A stretch of DNA of 64,000 nucleotides from Haplodiscus bocki. Lineage: Eukaryota. The notes beneath the pieces are model-generated. The model did not search any database and was not told the DNA's origin. It saw only the letters and a list, made by a program, of their open reading frames with translations. A program made the translations under genes and the position numbers. Of the stretch, positions 37,417 to 50,510 are shown piece by piece. Every line of letters begins with the position of its first letter. The stretch's first letter is position 1. Location: the NCBI GenBank assembly GCA_965655095.1, contig OZ296649.1, forward strand, positions 148,924,001 to 148,988,000, read 5' to 3'.

Positions 37417-40400
37417 AACAATTAGAAAAACTGAAAGTTTAAATTGTTTTGATATGCGGTGTAGTTATGAACAGACAAAGGGATTAATTGGAAGGATAAT
37501 AACTTGGAAAAACAGAGGCTGTTTGAACTGATTTGAGCTATTTTTCACCCGAGTGAAAATAATATTTAGATGGAGTTAGATGGGTCCGGTAGTCTTTGAC
37601 AGGTTGTCGTCGAAGACGGCGGGTTGTTCGGGATTGATAATATCCGGAAGTTTGGGAAGATGTTGCGCTTACTGGAGGCGCTGTTGGTGTTATGGTATCA
37701 GTTTGATTGGTATTTGCTTGATCATTCAGCGTAGTAGGCGGTTTTTGAGAATTATCAAAGATTAATGGAGACGAAGTGTCGTCATCAGTGGAATTTATCG
37801 AGGTTTGGTGCCTGTCAGTCAAAAAGAAATCTGGTGTAGTCTCGTTGCCAGAATCTTCTAGCGAATCGTAAAGTAATCGCTCGCGTGCATATATTTCGCC
37901 GGCTAGGTTAAACGAGGATATGGTTATATGTGGCTTGAAAAAAAAACCGTTTTATATTGTTGAAAAAGTTATTCTAAATGGGGGACAACGGGATAAAATG
38001 GGATCAAATGGTTTCGGTGTGCGAACAAAATATTTCCTTGATGTGACAGTAACTGATATTTCACATTTTACTCGACGCATTGTATTTGTAGAACCGTCTG
38101 GAATCCATGATTATTATTGTGATTGAGGGCTGTAGACCCATACACAAAAAAAATCTTGATCCAATGGGGTCGCTTGCATGGAACTTTGAATACGAATGAG
38201 ATAATTTTGATGTCCTGAACCAGTTAAGAAAACAATAGTTTGAGGAGATTGTATGGTTCGGTTAGACCGTGGACCGGAAAGTTCCAAAAGAAAGCTGGCA
38301 TGACTGTGATAGCCATTCCTAGTAACAGCATGATACCTAACCAATGTGCTCGGATACTAACCTTGTCGATCATGTTAATGTTTAGTCTTAGTATTGTATA
38401 CATAAATTTTAGTTGTTTTTGTATATGAGAGGGAACATTGGTAAGCTAAGACAGTAGTTGCCTTAGCTCTCATAAACAAATCACCACGTGGTTTATTGTA
38501 GGCAACGTCATGTGGATTTGTACTACAATCATCAAGTCGATTAAGGTTAAACCGGCGTACGTTAAGACGTTCTCGACAATAATAATGAATTGCCAATATG
38601 TTGTTAATTTGGTCTTGATTGACAGTGTTTGATCTTCAAGAGGTTCGCCGTTCAGGAGAGGAAACTGGAGATCTGAGAAAAGCCGGAGTATTATAATCTT
38701 GAAAATGGATTAAAAAAGGTAGCAGTTCCACGAGGAATGCAAGTAGATGGACCAAAATTAAATTTTAGGCTGGCACAAACAAACGAGGTAGGTGAGGTTC
38801 TATAGGTTATATCTGAGCAGAAAAGTGGAAAGGGACGAACATATATTCTTTTAAAACAAACGCGTATGGAGAACTGAATTTCTAAATTGGGTTTGTAAAG
38901 GATGGCAATTTCCTTAGTCTTTTTTGCGGGACTAAGACTTAAAGAGCGATTTATATTAACAATGCCATCGGATTCAAGAGTGTTATCAAGATAAAATCCA
39001 GTAGAAAGAAAATCAAAGGACTGTGCGTTTTGATGGGTATTTCAAAAGCTCTGGAGAGGGAGGTAACTCATGTGATGAATTGAAACCGAAACATTGAATG
39101 TGACGTTCGACACACGTAGTCGTATCCTAAGATGTGTGCTCAAGAGATGTAGGGCTAATTAACTTATGGATTGGACGAGGAGGAAAGTCAGTAGTTGACA
39201 ATAATGCAATATTTATATTACGAGACGGGTTAGTATTGGGTGTAGAAGGTGAACGAGAGGTAAGTGGTGTATTAGATTGGCGAGGAGAGGAATCAACATA
39301 GTTTGTGAGTTTGTTAGTTGTGTTATATTACTTGAAGACATTACAATTATAGTTCCTCTGATAAGGGAAGAAGTACGAAAAAATTTAGTACTTCCAGTGT
39401 TATTGAAATCATCGTCAGATAAAGTTATGGCATCATAAGAAAGGATTATGGTATCGTTAAATTCGTTTCCTGGGAGAATATCGGGGGGTGGTCTGCTTGT
39501 TAAAATACTCTGGTTATGATATGAAGAAGCAATTTTTGAAAAGATTAAAAAAAACTATCTACGTGAAATGAAACGTGAAGAAGAGGTTTGAATTTCGTTG
39601 TTTGAGGGCTGAAAAATCACAGGAGTTGAAAAATGCAGAGAGTGGTATCTATGAAATTTAAAGAGTCGGTTGACTAGTTTGTACTTTTCGGGAAAATACC
39701 GATCTGGAAAGTGTTCAAAAATTAGACAGACCGGTTACTTGAACGAAATCTAGTAACTTAGCAAAGAAGAAATGAACGGTTGAAGAGAAATGACTTCAAT
39801 TTTCAAATAACTGATAATTAGAATCTTTAAATGTTAAGAAGCAGCAAGAGAGATTTTTGTTGTTCGTCAAGTATCAACAGGAGATATTTTGTTGTTTGTT
39901 AAATAGCAGCAAGAGAGCTTCTGTTATTTGTCAAGTAGCAAGAGAGCTTTTGTTGATTTTAAGTACCAGCTGAATGAGTCGAAGATAAGCGCTGAATGAA
40001 GAGAAAAAATTATTCAGCTAAACTATTTTGCAGTGGAAAATCTAATGATTGATTGATGACTTCGTATCATGGAAATTTGTTGGCTAGCAGCGAGTTTGAC
40101 TTGGGAGGTATCTTAACGTTCTAGAAAGTTGTTTTGAATTCTGAAGCGTATATCGATTATAAAATGTCGAGGGTCGGGTTCAAAGAGTATCTATCGAAAT
40201 CAACAATATTCGTAACGGTGCAAACCCAACGCTCGGTTGGTAACTCCGTCAAAAAACGATTTGATAGGTAGGCGAGTTTCATAAGAAAGATAAATGTAGG
40301 TTCTAAGAAACTGTTTGGATTTTTGAATAGTTCATTAGATTTCAAAATCTCGGAAAACGAAGTCAAAACAATTAGAAAAACTGAAAGTTTAAATTGTTTT

Positions 40401-41323
40401 GATATGCGGTGTAGTTATGAACAGACAAAGGGATTAATTGGAAGGATAATAACTTGGAAAAACAGAGGCTGTTTGAACTGATTTGAGCTATTTTTCACCC
40501 GAGTGAAAATAATATTTAGATGGAGTTAGATGGGTCCGGTAGTCTTTGACAGGTTGTCGTCGAAGACGGCGGGTTGTTCGGGATTGATAATATCCGGAAG
40601 TTTGGGAAGATGTTGCGCTTACTGGAGGCGCTGTTGGTGTTATGGTATCAGTTTGATTGGTATTTGCTTGATCATTCAGCGTAGTAGGCGGTTTTTGAGA
40701 ATTATCAAAGATTAATGGAGACGAAGTGTCGTCATCAGTGGAATTTATCGAGGTTTGGTGCCTGTCAGTCAAAAAGAAATCTGGTGTAGTCTCGTTGCCA
40801 GAATCTTCTAGCGAATCGTAAAGTAATCGCTCGCGTGCATATATTTCGCCGGCTAGGTTAAACGAGGATATGGTTATATGTGGCTTGAAAAAAAACCGTT
40901 TTATATTGTTGAAAAAGTTATTCTAAATGGGGGACAACGGGATAAAATGGGATCAAATGGTTTCGGTGTGCGAACAAAATATTTCCTTGATGTGACAGTA
41001 ACTGATATTTCACATTTTACTCGACGCATTGTATTTGTAGAACCGTCTGGAATCCATGATTATTATTGTGATTGAGGGCTGTAGACCCATACACAAAAAA
41101 AATCTTGATCCAATGGGGTCGCTTGCATGGAACTTTGAATACGAATGAGATAATTTTGATGTCCTGAACCAGTTAAGAAAACAATAGTTTGAGGAGATTG
41201 TATGGTTCGGTTAGACCGTGGACCGGAAAGTTCCAAAAGAAAGCTGGCATGACTGTGATAGCCATTCCTAGTAACAGCATGATACCTAACCAATGTGCTC
41301 GGATACTAACCTTGTCGATCATG

Positions 41324-41659
41324 TTAATGTTTAGTCTTAGTATTGTATACATAAATTTTAGTTGTTTTTGTATATGAGAGGGAACATTGGTAAGCTAAGA
41401 CAGTAGTTGCCTTAGCTCTCATAAACAAATCACCACGTGGTTTATTGTAGGCAACGTCATGTGGATTTGTACTACAATCATCAAGTCGATTAAGGTTAAA
41501 CCGGCGTACGTTAAGACGTTCTCGACAATAATAATGAATTGCCAATATGTTGTTAATTTGGTCTTGATTGACAGTGTGAGTTTGATCTTCAAGAGGTTCG
41601 TCGTTCAGGAGAGGGAACTGGAGAGCTAAGAAGAGCTGGAGTATGATAATATTGAACAT
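41324..41659 (-). CDS. 111-aa ATG-initiated truncated Env-like ORF with signal peptide (copy 15)
   Basis: ORF track MFNIIILQLFLALQFPLLN...YYCRERLN...DDC...YQC...TKTKH*, with a true ATG at 41659-41657. Confidence 0.4.
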   Translation of the reverse strand: MFNIIILQLFLALQFPLLNDEPLEDQTHTVNQDQINNILAIHYYCRERLNVRRFNLNRLDDCSTNPHDVAYNKPRGDLFMRAKATTVLAYQCSLSYTKTTKIYVYNTKTKH

Positions 41660-44600
41660 GGATTATTAAAGGTAGCACTTCCACGAGGAGTGCAAGTAGA
41701 TGGATCAAAATTGAATTTTAGGCTTGAAAAAAACGAGGCAGGTGAGGTTCTATATGTTATATCTGGGCAGAAAAGTGGAATGGAATGAACATATAATCTT
41801 TTAAAACAAACGCGTATGGAGAACTGAATTTCTAAATTGGGTTTGTAAAGGATGGCAATTTCCTTAGTCTTTTTTGCGGGACTAAGACTTAAAGAGCGAT
41901 TTATATTAACAATGCCATCGGATTCAAGAGTGTTATCAAGATAAAATCCAGTAGAAAGAAAATCAAAGGACTGTGCGTTTTGATGGGTATTTCAAAAGCT
42001 CTGGAGAGGGAGGTAACTCATGTGATGAATTGAAACCGAAACATTGAATGTGACGTTCGACACACGTAGTCGTATCCTAAGATGTGTGCTCAAGAGATGT
42101 AGGGCTAATTAAATTATGGATTGGACGAGGAGGAAGGTCAGTAGTTGACAATAATGCAACATTTATATTACGAGACGGGTTAGTATTGGGTGTAGAAGGT
42201 GAACGAGAGGTAAGTGGTGTATTAGATTGGCGAGGAGAGGAATCAACATAGTTTGTGAGTTTGTTAGTTGTGTTATATTACTTGAAGACATTACAATTAT
42301 AGTTCCTCTGATAAGGGAAGAAGTACGAAAAAATTTAGTACTTCCAGTGTTATTGAAATCATCGTCAGATAAAGTTATGGCATCATAAGAAAGGATTATG
42401 GTATCGTTAAATTCGTTTCCTGGGAGAATATCGGGGGGTGGTCTGCTTGTTAAAATACTCTGGTTATGATATGAAGAAGCAATTTTTGAAAAGATTAAAA
42501 AAAAACTATCTACGTGAGATGAAACGTGAAGAAGAGGTTTGAATTTCGTTGTTTGAGGGCTGAAAAATCACAGGAGTTGAAAAATGCAGAGAGTGGTATC
42601 TATGAAATTTAAAGAGTCGGTTGACTAGTTTGTATTTTTCAGTAAAATACCGATCTGGAAAGTGTTCAAAAATTAGACAGACCGGTTACTTGAACGAAAT
42701 CTAGTAACTTAGCAAAGAAGAAATGAACGGTTGAAGAGAAATGACTTCAATTTTCAAATAACTGATAATTAGAATCTTTAAATGTTAAGAAGCAGCAAGA
42801 GAGATTTTTGTTGTTCGTCAAGTATCAACAGGAGATATTTTGTTGTTTGTTAAATAGCAGCAAGAGAGCTTCTGTTATTTGTCAAGTAGCAAGAGAGCTT
42901 TTGTTGATTTTAAGTACCAGCTGAATGAGTCGAAGATAAGCGCTGAATGAAGAGAAAAAATTATTCAGCTAAACTATTTTGCAGTGGAAAATCTAATGAT
43001 TGATTGATGACTTCGTATCATGGAAATTTGTTGGCTAGCAGCGAGTTTGACTTGGGAGGTATCTTAACGTTCTAGAAAGTTGTTTTGAATTCTGAAGCGT
43101 ATATCGATTATAAAATGTCGAGGGTCGGGTTCAAAGAGTATCTATCGAAATCAACAATATTCGTAACGGTGCAAACCCAACGCTCGGTTGGTAACTCCGT
43201 CAAAAAACGATTTGATAGGTAGGCGAGTTTCATAAGAAAGATAAATGTAGGTTCTAAGAAACTGTTTGGATTTTTGAATAGTTCATTAGATTTCAAAATC
43301 TCGGAAAACGAAGTCAAAACAATTAGAAAAACTGAAAGTTTAAATTGTTTTGATATGCGGTGTAGTTATGAACAGACAAAGAGATTAATTGGAAGGATAA
43401 TAACTTGGAAAAACAGAGGCTGTTTGAACTGATTTGAGCTATTTTTCACCCGAGTGAAAATAATATTTAGATGGAGTTAGATGGGTCCGGTAGTCTTTGA
43501 CAGGTTGTCGTCGAAGACGGCGGGTTGTTCGGGATTGATAATATCCGGAAGTTTGGGAAGATGTTGCGCTTACTGGAGGCGCTGTTGGTGTTATGGTATC
43601 AGTTTGATTGGTATTTGCTTGATCATTCAGCGTAGTAGGCGGTTTTTGAGAATTATCAAAGATTAATGGAGACGAAGTGTCGTCATCAGTGGAATTTATC
43701 GAGGTTTGGTGCCTGTCAGTCAAAAAGAAATCTGGTGTAGTCTCGTTGCCAGAATCTTCTAGCGAATCGTAAAGTAATCGCTCGCGTGCATATATTTCGC
43801 CGGCTAGGTTAAACGAGGATATGGTTATATGTGGCTTGAAAAAAAACCGTTTTATATTGTTGAAAAAGTTATTCTAAATGGGGGACAACGGGATAAAATG
43901 GGATCAAATGGTTTCGGTGTGCGAACAAAATATTTCCTTGATGTGACAGTAACTGATATTTCACATTTTACTCGACGCATTGTATTTGTAGAACCGTCTG
44001 GAATCCATGATTATTATTGTGATTGAGGGCTGTAGACCCATACACAAAAAAAATCTTGATCCAATGGGGTCGCTTGCATGGAACTTTGAATACGAATGAG
44101 ATAATTTTGATGTCCTGAACCAGTTAAGAAAACAATAGTTTGAGGAGATTGTATGGTTCGGTTAGACCGTGGACCGGAAAGTTCCAAAAGAAAGCTGGCA
44201 TGACTGTGATAGCCATTCCTAGTAACAGCATGATACCTAACCAATGTGCTCGGATACTAACCTTGTCGATCATGTTAATGTTTAGTCTTAGTATTGTATA
44301 CATAAATTTTAGTTGTTTTTGTATATGAGAGGGAACATTGGTAAGCTAAGACAGTAGTTGCCTTAGCTCTCATAAACAAATCACCACGTGGTTTATTGTA
44401 GGCAACGTCATGTGGATTTGTACTACAATCATCAAGTCGATTAAGGTTAAACCGGCGTACGTTAAGACGTTCTCGACAATAATAATGAATTGCCAATATG
44501 TTGTTAATTTGGTCTTGATTGACAGTGTTTGATCTTCAAGAGGTTCGCCGTTCAGGAGAGGAAACTGGAGATCTGAGAAAAGCCGGAGTATTATAATCTT

Positions 44601-46399
44601 GAAAATGGATTAAAAAAGGTAGCAGTTCCACGAGGAATGCAAGTAGATGGACCAAAATTAAATTTTAGGCTGGCACAAACAAACGAGGTAGGTGAGGTTC
44701 TATAGGTTATATCTGAGCAGAAAAGTGGAAAGGGACGAACATATAATCTTTTAAAACAAACGCGTATGGAGAACTGAATTTCTAAATTGGGTTTGTAAAG
44801 GATGGCAATTTCCTTAGTCTTTTTTGCGGGACTAAGACTTAAAGAGCGATTTATATTAACAATGCCATCGGATTCAAGAGTGTTATCAAGATAAAATCCA
44901 GTAGAAAGAAAATCAAAGGACTGTGCGTTTTGATGGGTATTTCAAAACCTCTGGAGAGGGAGGTAACTCATGTGATGAATTGAAACCGAAACATTGAATG
45001 TGACGTTCGACACACGTAGTCGTATCCTAAGATGTGTGCTCAAGAGATGTAGGGCTAATTAACTTATGGATTGGACGAGGAGGAAAGTCAGTAGTTGACA
45101 ATAATGCAATATTTATATTACGAGACGGGTTAGTATTGGGTGTAGAAGGTGAACGAGAGGTAAGTGGTGTATTAGATTGGCGAGGAGAGGAATCAACATA
45201 GTTTGTGAGTTTGTTAGTTGTGTTAAATTACTTGGAGACATTACAATTATAGTTCCTCTGATAAGGGAAGAAGTACGAAAAAATTTAGTACTTCCAGTAA
45301 TATTGAAATCATCGTCAGATAAAGTTATGGCATCATAAGAAAGGATTATGGTATCGTTAAATTCGTTTCCTGGGAGAATATCGGGGAGTGGTCTACTTGG
45401 TAAAATATTCTGGTTTGATATGGTGAAGCAATTTTTGAAAAGATTAAAAAAAACTACCTATGTGAGATGAAACGTGAAGAAGAGGTTTGAAATTCGTTGT
45501 TTGAAGGCTGAAAAATCACAGGAGTTGAAAAATGCAGAGAGTGGTATCTATGAAATTTAAAGAGTCGGTTGACTAGTTTGTATTTTTCAGTAAAATACCG
45601 ATATGGAAAGTGTTCAAAAATTAGACAGACCGGTTACTTGAACGAAATCTAGTAACTTAGCAAAGAAGAAATGAACGGTTGAAGAGATGCATCTTGATGA
45701 TTTTGTCAATTTTCAAATAACTGTGAGATAGAATCTTAAATGTTAAGAAGCAGGAAGAGATATTTGTTGTTCGTCAAGTATCAACAAGAGATATTTTGTT
45801 GTTTGTTAAATAGCAGCAAAAGAGCTTCTGTTGTTTGTCAAGTAGTAGCAAGAGAGCTTTTGTTGATTTCATGTACCAGCTGAATGAGTCGAAGATAAGC
45901 AATGAATGAAGAGAAGAAATTATTCAGCTAAACTATTTTGCAGTGGAAAAACTAATTAGTGATTGAGGACTTCGTATCATGGAATTTTTTTGGCTAGCAG
46001 CGAGTTTGACTTGGGAGGTAACCTAACGTTCTAGAAAGTTGTTTTGAATTCCGAAGCGTATATTGGTTATAAAATGCCGAAGATCGAGTTCAAAGAGTAT
46101 CTATCGAAAACAACAATATTCGCACCGGTGCAATCCCAACGCTCGGTTGGTAACTCCGTCAAAAAACGATCTGATTGGTAGGCGAATTTCATGAGATAAA
46201 TGTAGGTTCTAGGAAACTGTTTGGATTTTTGAATAGTTTATTAGTCTTTCAAAAGGTCGGAGAACGAATTCAAAACATCTACAAAACTGAAAGTTTAATT
46301 TGTTTTGATAGGCGGTGTAGTTATGAACAGACAAAGGGATTATTTGGAAGGATAAAAAATTTGAAAAACAGAGCCTGTCTAAACTGATTTGAGCTATTT

Positions 46400-46738
46400 T
46401 TATCCCGAGTGAAAATAAAATTTAGATGGAGGTATATGGGTGCTGTAGCCTTTGACAGGTTGTCGTCGAAGACGGCGGGTTGTTCGGAATTGAGAATATA
46501 CTGAAGTTTGGTAAGATGTTGCGCTTACTGGAGGCGCTGTTGGTGTTATGGTATCAGTTTGATTGGTATTTGCTTGATCATTCAGCGTAGTAGGCGGTTT
46601 TTGAGAATTATCAAAGATTAATGGAGACGAAGTGTCGTCATCAGTGGAATTTATCGAGGTTTGGTGCCTGTCAGTCAAAAAGAAATCTGGTGTAGTCTCG
46701 TTGCCAGAATCTTCTAGCGAATCGTAAGGTAATCGCAC
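46400..46738 (-). pseudogene. 3' part of the integrase tail (copy 16)
   Basis: The 112-aa ORF RLPYDSLEDSGNETTPDFFLTDRHQ...RRLRRQPVKGY...PPSKFYFHSG overlaps and extends the fragment above. Confidence 0.65.
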
Positions 46739-49700
46739 GGGTGCATATATTTCACCGGCTGGGTTAAACGAGGATATGGGTATATGTCGCTTAAAAGAAA
46801 CCGTTTTATATTGTGGGAAAAGTTATTCTAAATGGGGGACAACGGGATAAAATGGGATCAAATGGTTTCGGTGTGCGAACAAAATATTTCCTTGATGTGA
46901 CAGTAACTGATATTTCACATTTTACTCGACGCATTGTATTTGTAGAACCGTCTGGAATCCATGATTATTATTGTGACTGAGGGCTGTAGACCCATACACC
47001 AAAAAAATCTTGATCCAATGGGGTCGCTTGCATGGAACTTTGAATACGAATGAGATAATTTTGATGTCCTGAACCAGTTAAGAAAACAATAGTTTGAGGA
47101 GATTGTATGGTTCGGTTAGACCGTGGACCGGAAAGTTCCAAGAGAAAGCTGACATGACTGTGATAGCCATTCCTAGTAACAGCATGATACCTAACCATTG
47201 TGCTCAGATAGTAACTTTGTCGATCTTGTTATTGGTTAGTCTTAGTATTGTAGACATAAATTTTAGTTGTTTTTGTACATGAGAGGGAACATTGGTAAGC
47301 TAAGACAGTAGTTGCCTTAGCTCTGATAAACAAATCAACGCACGGTTTATTGTAGGCAACGTCATGTGGATTTGTACTACAATCATCAAGTCGATTAAGG
47401 TTAAACCGGCGTACGTTAAGACGTTCTCGACAATAATAATGAATTGCCAATATGTTGTTAATTTGGTCTTGATTGACAGTGTGAGTTTGATCTTCAAGAG
47501 GTTCGCCGTTCAGGAGAGAAAACTGGAGAGCTGAGAAGAGCCGGAGTATGATAATCTTGAAAATGGATTTAAAAAGGTAGCAGTTCCACGAGGAGTGCAA
47601 ATAGATGGATCAAAAATAAATTTTGGGCTTGCACACACAAACGAGGCAGGTGAGGTTCTATAGGTTATATCTGAGCAGAAAAGTGGAAAGGGACGAACAT
47701 ATAATCTTTTAAAACAAACGCGTATGGAGAACTGAATTTCTAAATTGGGTTTATAAAGGATGGCAATTTCCTTAGTCTTTTTTGCGGGACTAAGACTTAA
47801 AGAGCGATTTATATTAACATTGCCATCGGATTCAAGAGTGTTATCAAGATAAAATCCAGTAGAAAGAAAATCAAAGGACTGTGCGTTTTGATGGGTATTT
47901 CAAAAGTTCTGGAGAGGGAGGTAACTCATGTGATGAAATTAAACTGAAACATTGAATGTGACGTTCGACACAAGTAGTCGTATCCAAAGATGTATGCTCA
48001 AGAGATGTTGGGCTAATTAAATTATGGATTGGACGAGGTTAAAGGTCAGTAGTTGACAATAATGCAATGTTTAAATTACGAGACGGGTTAGTATTGGGTG
48101 TAGAAGGTGAACGAGAGGTAAGTGGTGTATTAGATTGGCGAGGAGAGGAATCAACATAGTTTGTTAGTTGTGTTAAAATACTTGGAGACATTACAATTAT
48201 AGTTCCTCTGATAAGGGAAAAAGTACGAAAAAATTTAGTACTTCCAATAATGTTGAAATCATCGTCAGATAAAGTTATGGCATCATAAGAAAGGATTAGG
48301 GTATCGTTAAATTCGTTTCCTGGGAGAATATCGGGGAGTGGTCTACTTGGTAAAATATTCTGGTTACGATATGGTGAAGCAATTTTTGAAAAGATTAAAA
48401 AAAACTACCTATGTGAGATGAAACGTGAAGAAGAGGTTTGAATTTCGTTGTTTGAAGGCTGAAAAATCACAGGAGTTGAAAAATGCAGAGAGTGGTATCT
48501 ATGAAATTTAAAGAGTCGGTTGACTAGTTTGTACTTTTCAGTAAAATACCGATATGGAAAGTGTTCAAAAATTCGACAGACCGGTTACTTGAACGAAATC
48601 TAGTGACTTAGCAAAGAAGAAATGAACGGTTGAAGAGATGCATCTTGATGATTTTGTCAATTTTCAAATAACTGTGAGATAGAATCTTAAATGTTAAGAA
48701 GCAGGAAGAGATATTTTTGTTGTTCGTCAAGTATCAACAAGAGATATTTTGTTGTTTGTTAAATAGCAGCAAAAGAGCTTCTGTTGTTTGTCAAGTAGTA
48801 GCAAGAGATCTTTTGTTGATTTTAAGTAGCAGCTGAATGAGTCGAAGATTAGCGATGAATGAAGAGAAGAGAATATTCAGCTAAACTATTTTGCAGTGGA
48901 AAAACTAATGAGTGATTGAGGACTTCGTATCATGGAATTTTTTTGGCTAGCAGCGAGTTTGACTTGGGAGGTAACATAACGTTCTAGAAAGTTGTTTTGA
49001 ATTTCGAACCGAATATCGGTTATAAAATGTCGAGGATCGAGTTCAAAGAGTATCTATCGAAAACAACAATATTCGTACCGGTGCAATCCCAACGCTCGGT
49101 TGGTAACGTCAAAAAACGATCTGATTGGTAGGCGAATTTCATGAGAGATAAATGTAGGTTCTAAGAAACTGTTTGGATTTTTGAATAGTTTAGTCTTTCA
49201 AAATCTCGGAGAAAGAAGTCGAAACAACTACAAAATTGAAAGTTTAAATTGTTTTGATATGCGGTGTAGTTATGAACAGACAAAGGCATTAATTGGAAGG
49301 ATAATAAGTTTGAAAAACAGAGGCTGTCTGAACTGATTTGAGCTATTTCTCTCCCGAGTGAAAATAATATTTAGATGGAGTTGTATGGGTCCGGTAGTCT
49401 TTGACAGGTCGTCGAAGACGGCGGGTTGTTCAGGATTGGGAATATACGGAAGTTTGGGAAGATGTTGCGCCTAGTGGAGGCGCTGTTGGTGTTTTGGTAT
49501 CAGTTTGATTGGTATTTGCTTGATCATTCAGCGCAGTAGGCTGTTGTTGAGAATTATCAAAGATTAATGGAGACGAAGTGTCGTCATCAGGGGAATTTAT
49601 CGAGGTTTGGTGCCTGTCAGTCAAAAAGAAATCTGGTGTAGTCCAGTTGCCAGAATCTTCTAGCGAATCGTAAGGTAATCGCTCGGGTGCATATATTTCA

Positions 49701-50174
49701 CCGGCCGGGTTAAAGGAGGATATGGTTATATGTGGTTTGAAAAAAACCGTTTTATATTGTGGGAAAAGTTATTCTAAATGGGGGACAACGGGATAAAATG
49801 GGATCAAATGGTTTCGGTGTGCGAACAAAATATTTCCTTGATGTGACAGTAACTGATATTTCATATTTTACTCGACGCATTGTATTTGTAGAACCGTCTG
49901 GAATCCATGATTATTATTGTGATTGAGGGCTGTAGACCCATACACCATAAAAATCTTGATCCAATGGGGTGGCTTGCATGGAACTTTGAACACGAATGAG
50001 ATAATTTTGCTGTCCTAAATCAGTTAAGAAAACAATAGTTTGAGGAGATTCCATAGTTCGGTTAGATCGTGGACCGGAAAGTTCCAAGAGAAAGCTGACA
50101 TGACTCTGACAGCCAGTCTTAGTAACAGCATGATACCTAACCAGTGTGCTCGGATAGTAACTTTGTCGATCATG

Positions 50175-50510
50175 TTATTGGTTAGTCTTAGTATTGTAGA
50201 CATAAATTTTAGTTGTTTTTGTACATGAGAGGGAACATTGGTAAGCTAAGACAGTAGTTGCCTTAGCTCTGATAAACAAATCAACGCACGGTTTATTGTA
50301 GGCAACGTCATGTGGATTTGTACTACAATCATCAAGTCGATTAAGGTTAAACCGGCGTACGTTAAGACGTTCTCGACAATAATAATGAATTGCCAATATG
50401 TTGTTAATTTGGTCTTGATTGACAGTGTGAGTTTGATCTTCAAGAGGTTCGTCGTTCAGGAGAGGGAACTGGAGAGCTAAGAAGAGCTGGAGTATGATAA
50501 TATTGAACAT
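50175..50510 (-). CDS. 111-aa ATG-initiated truncated Env-like ORF with signal peptide (copy 18)
   Basis: ORF track; same organisation as copy 15. Confidence 0.4.
   Translation of the reverse strand: MFNIIILQLFLALQFPLLNDEPLEDQTHTVNQDQINNILAIHYYCRERLNVRRFNLNRLDDCSTNPHDVAYNKPCVDLFIRAKATTVLAYQCSLSCTKTTKIYVYNTKTNQ

Larger units (their letters stand above)
32480..45200. repeat. Subfamily block, copies 12-15 and the head of 16
   Basis: Shared cggatactaacc, gacagtgtttgat (3-bp deletion, except copy 15), cacacgtagtcgtatcctaa and attagaaaaactg. Confidence 0.8.
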
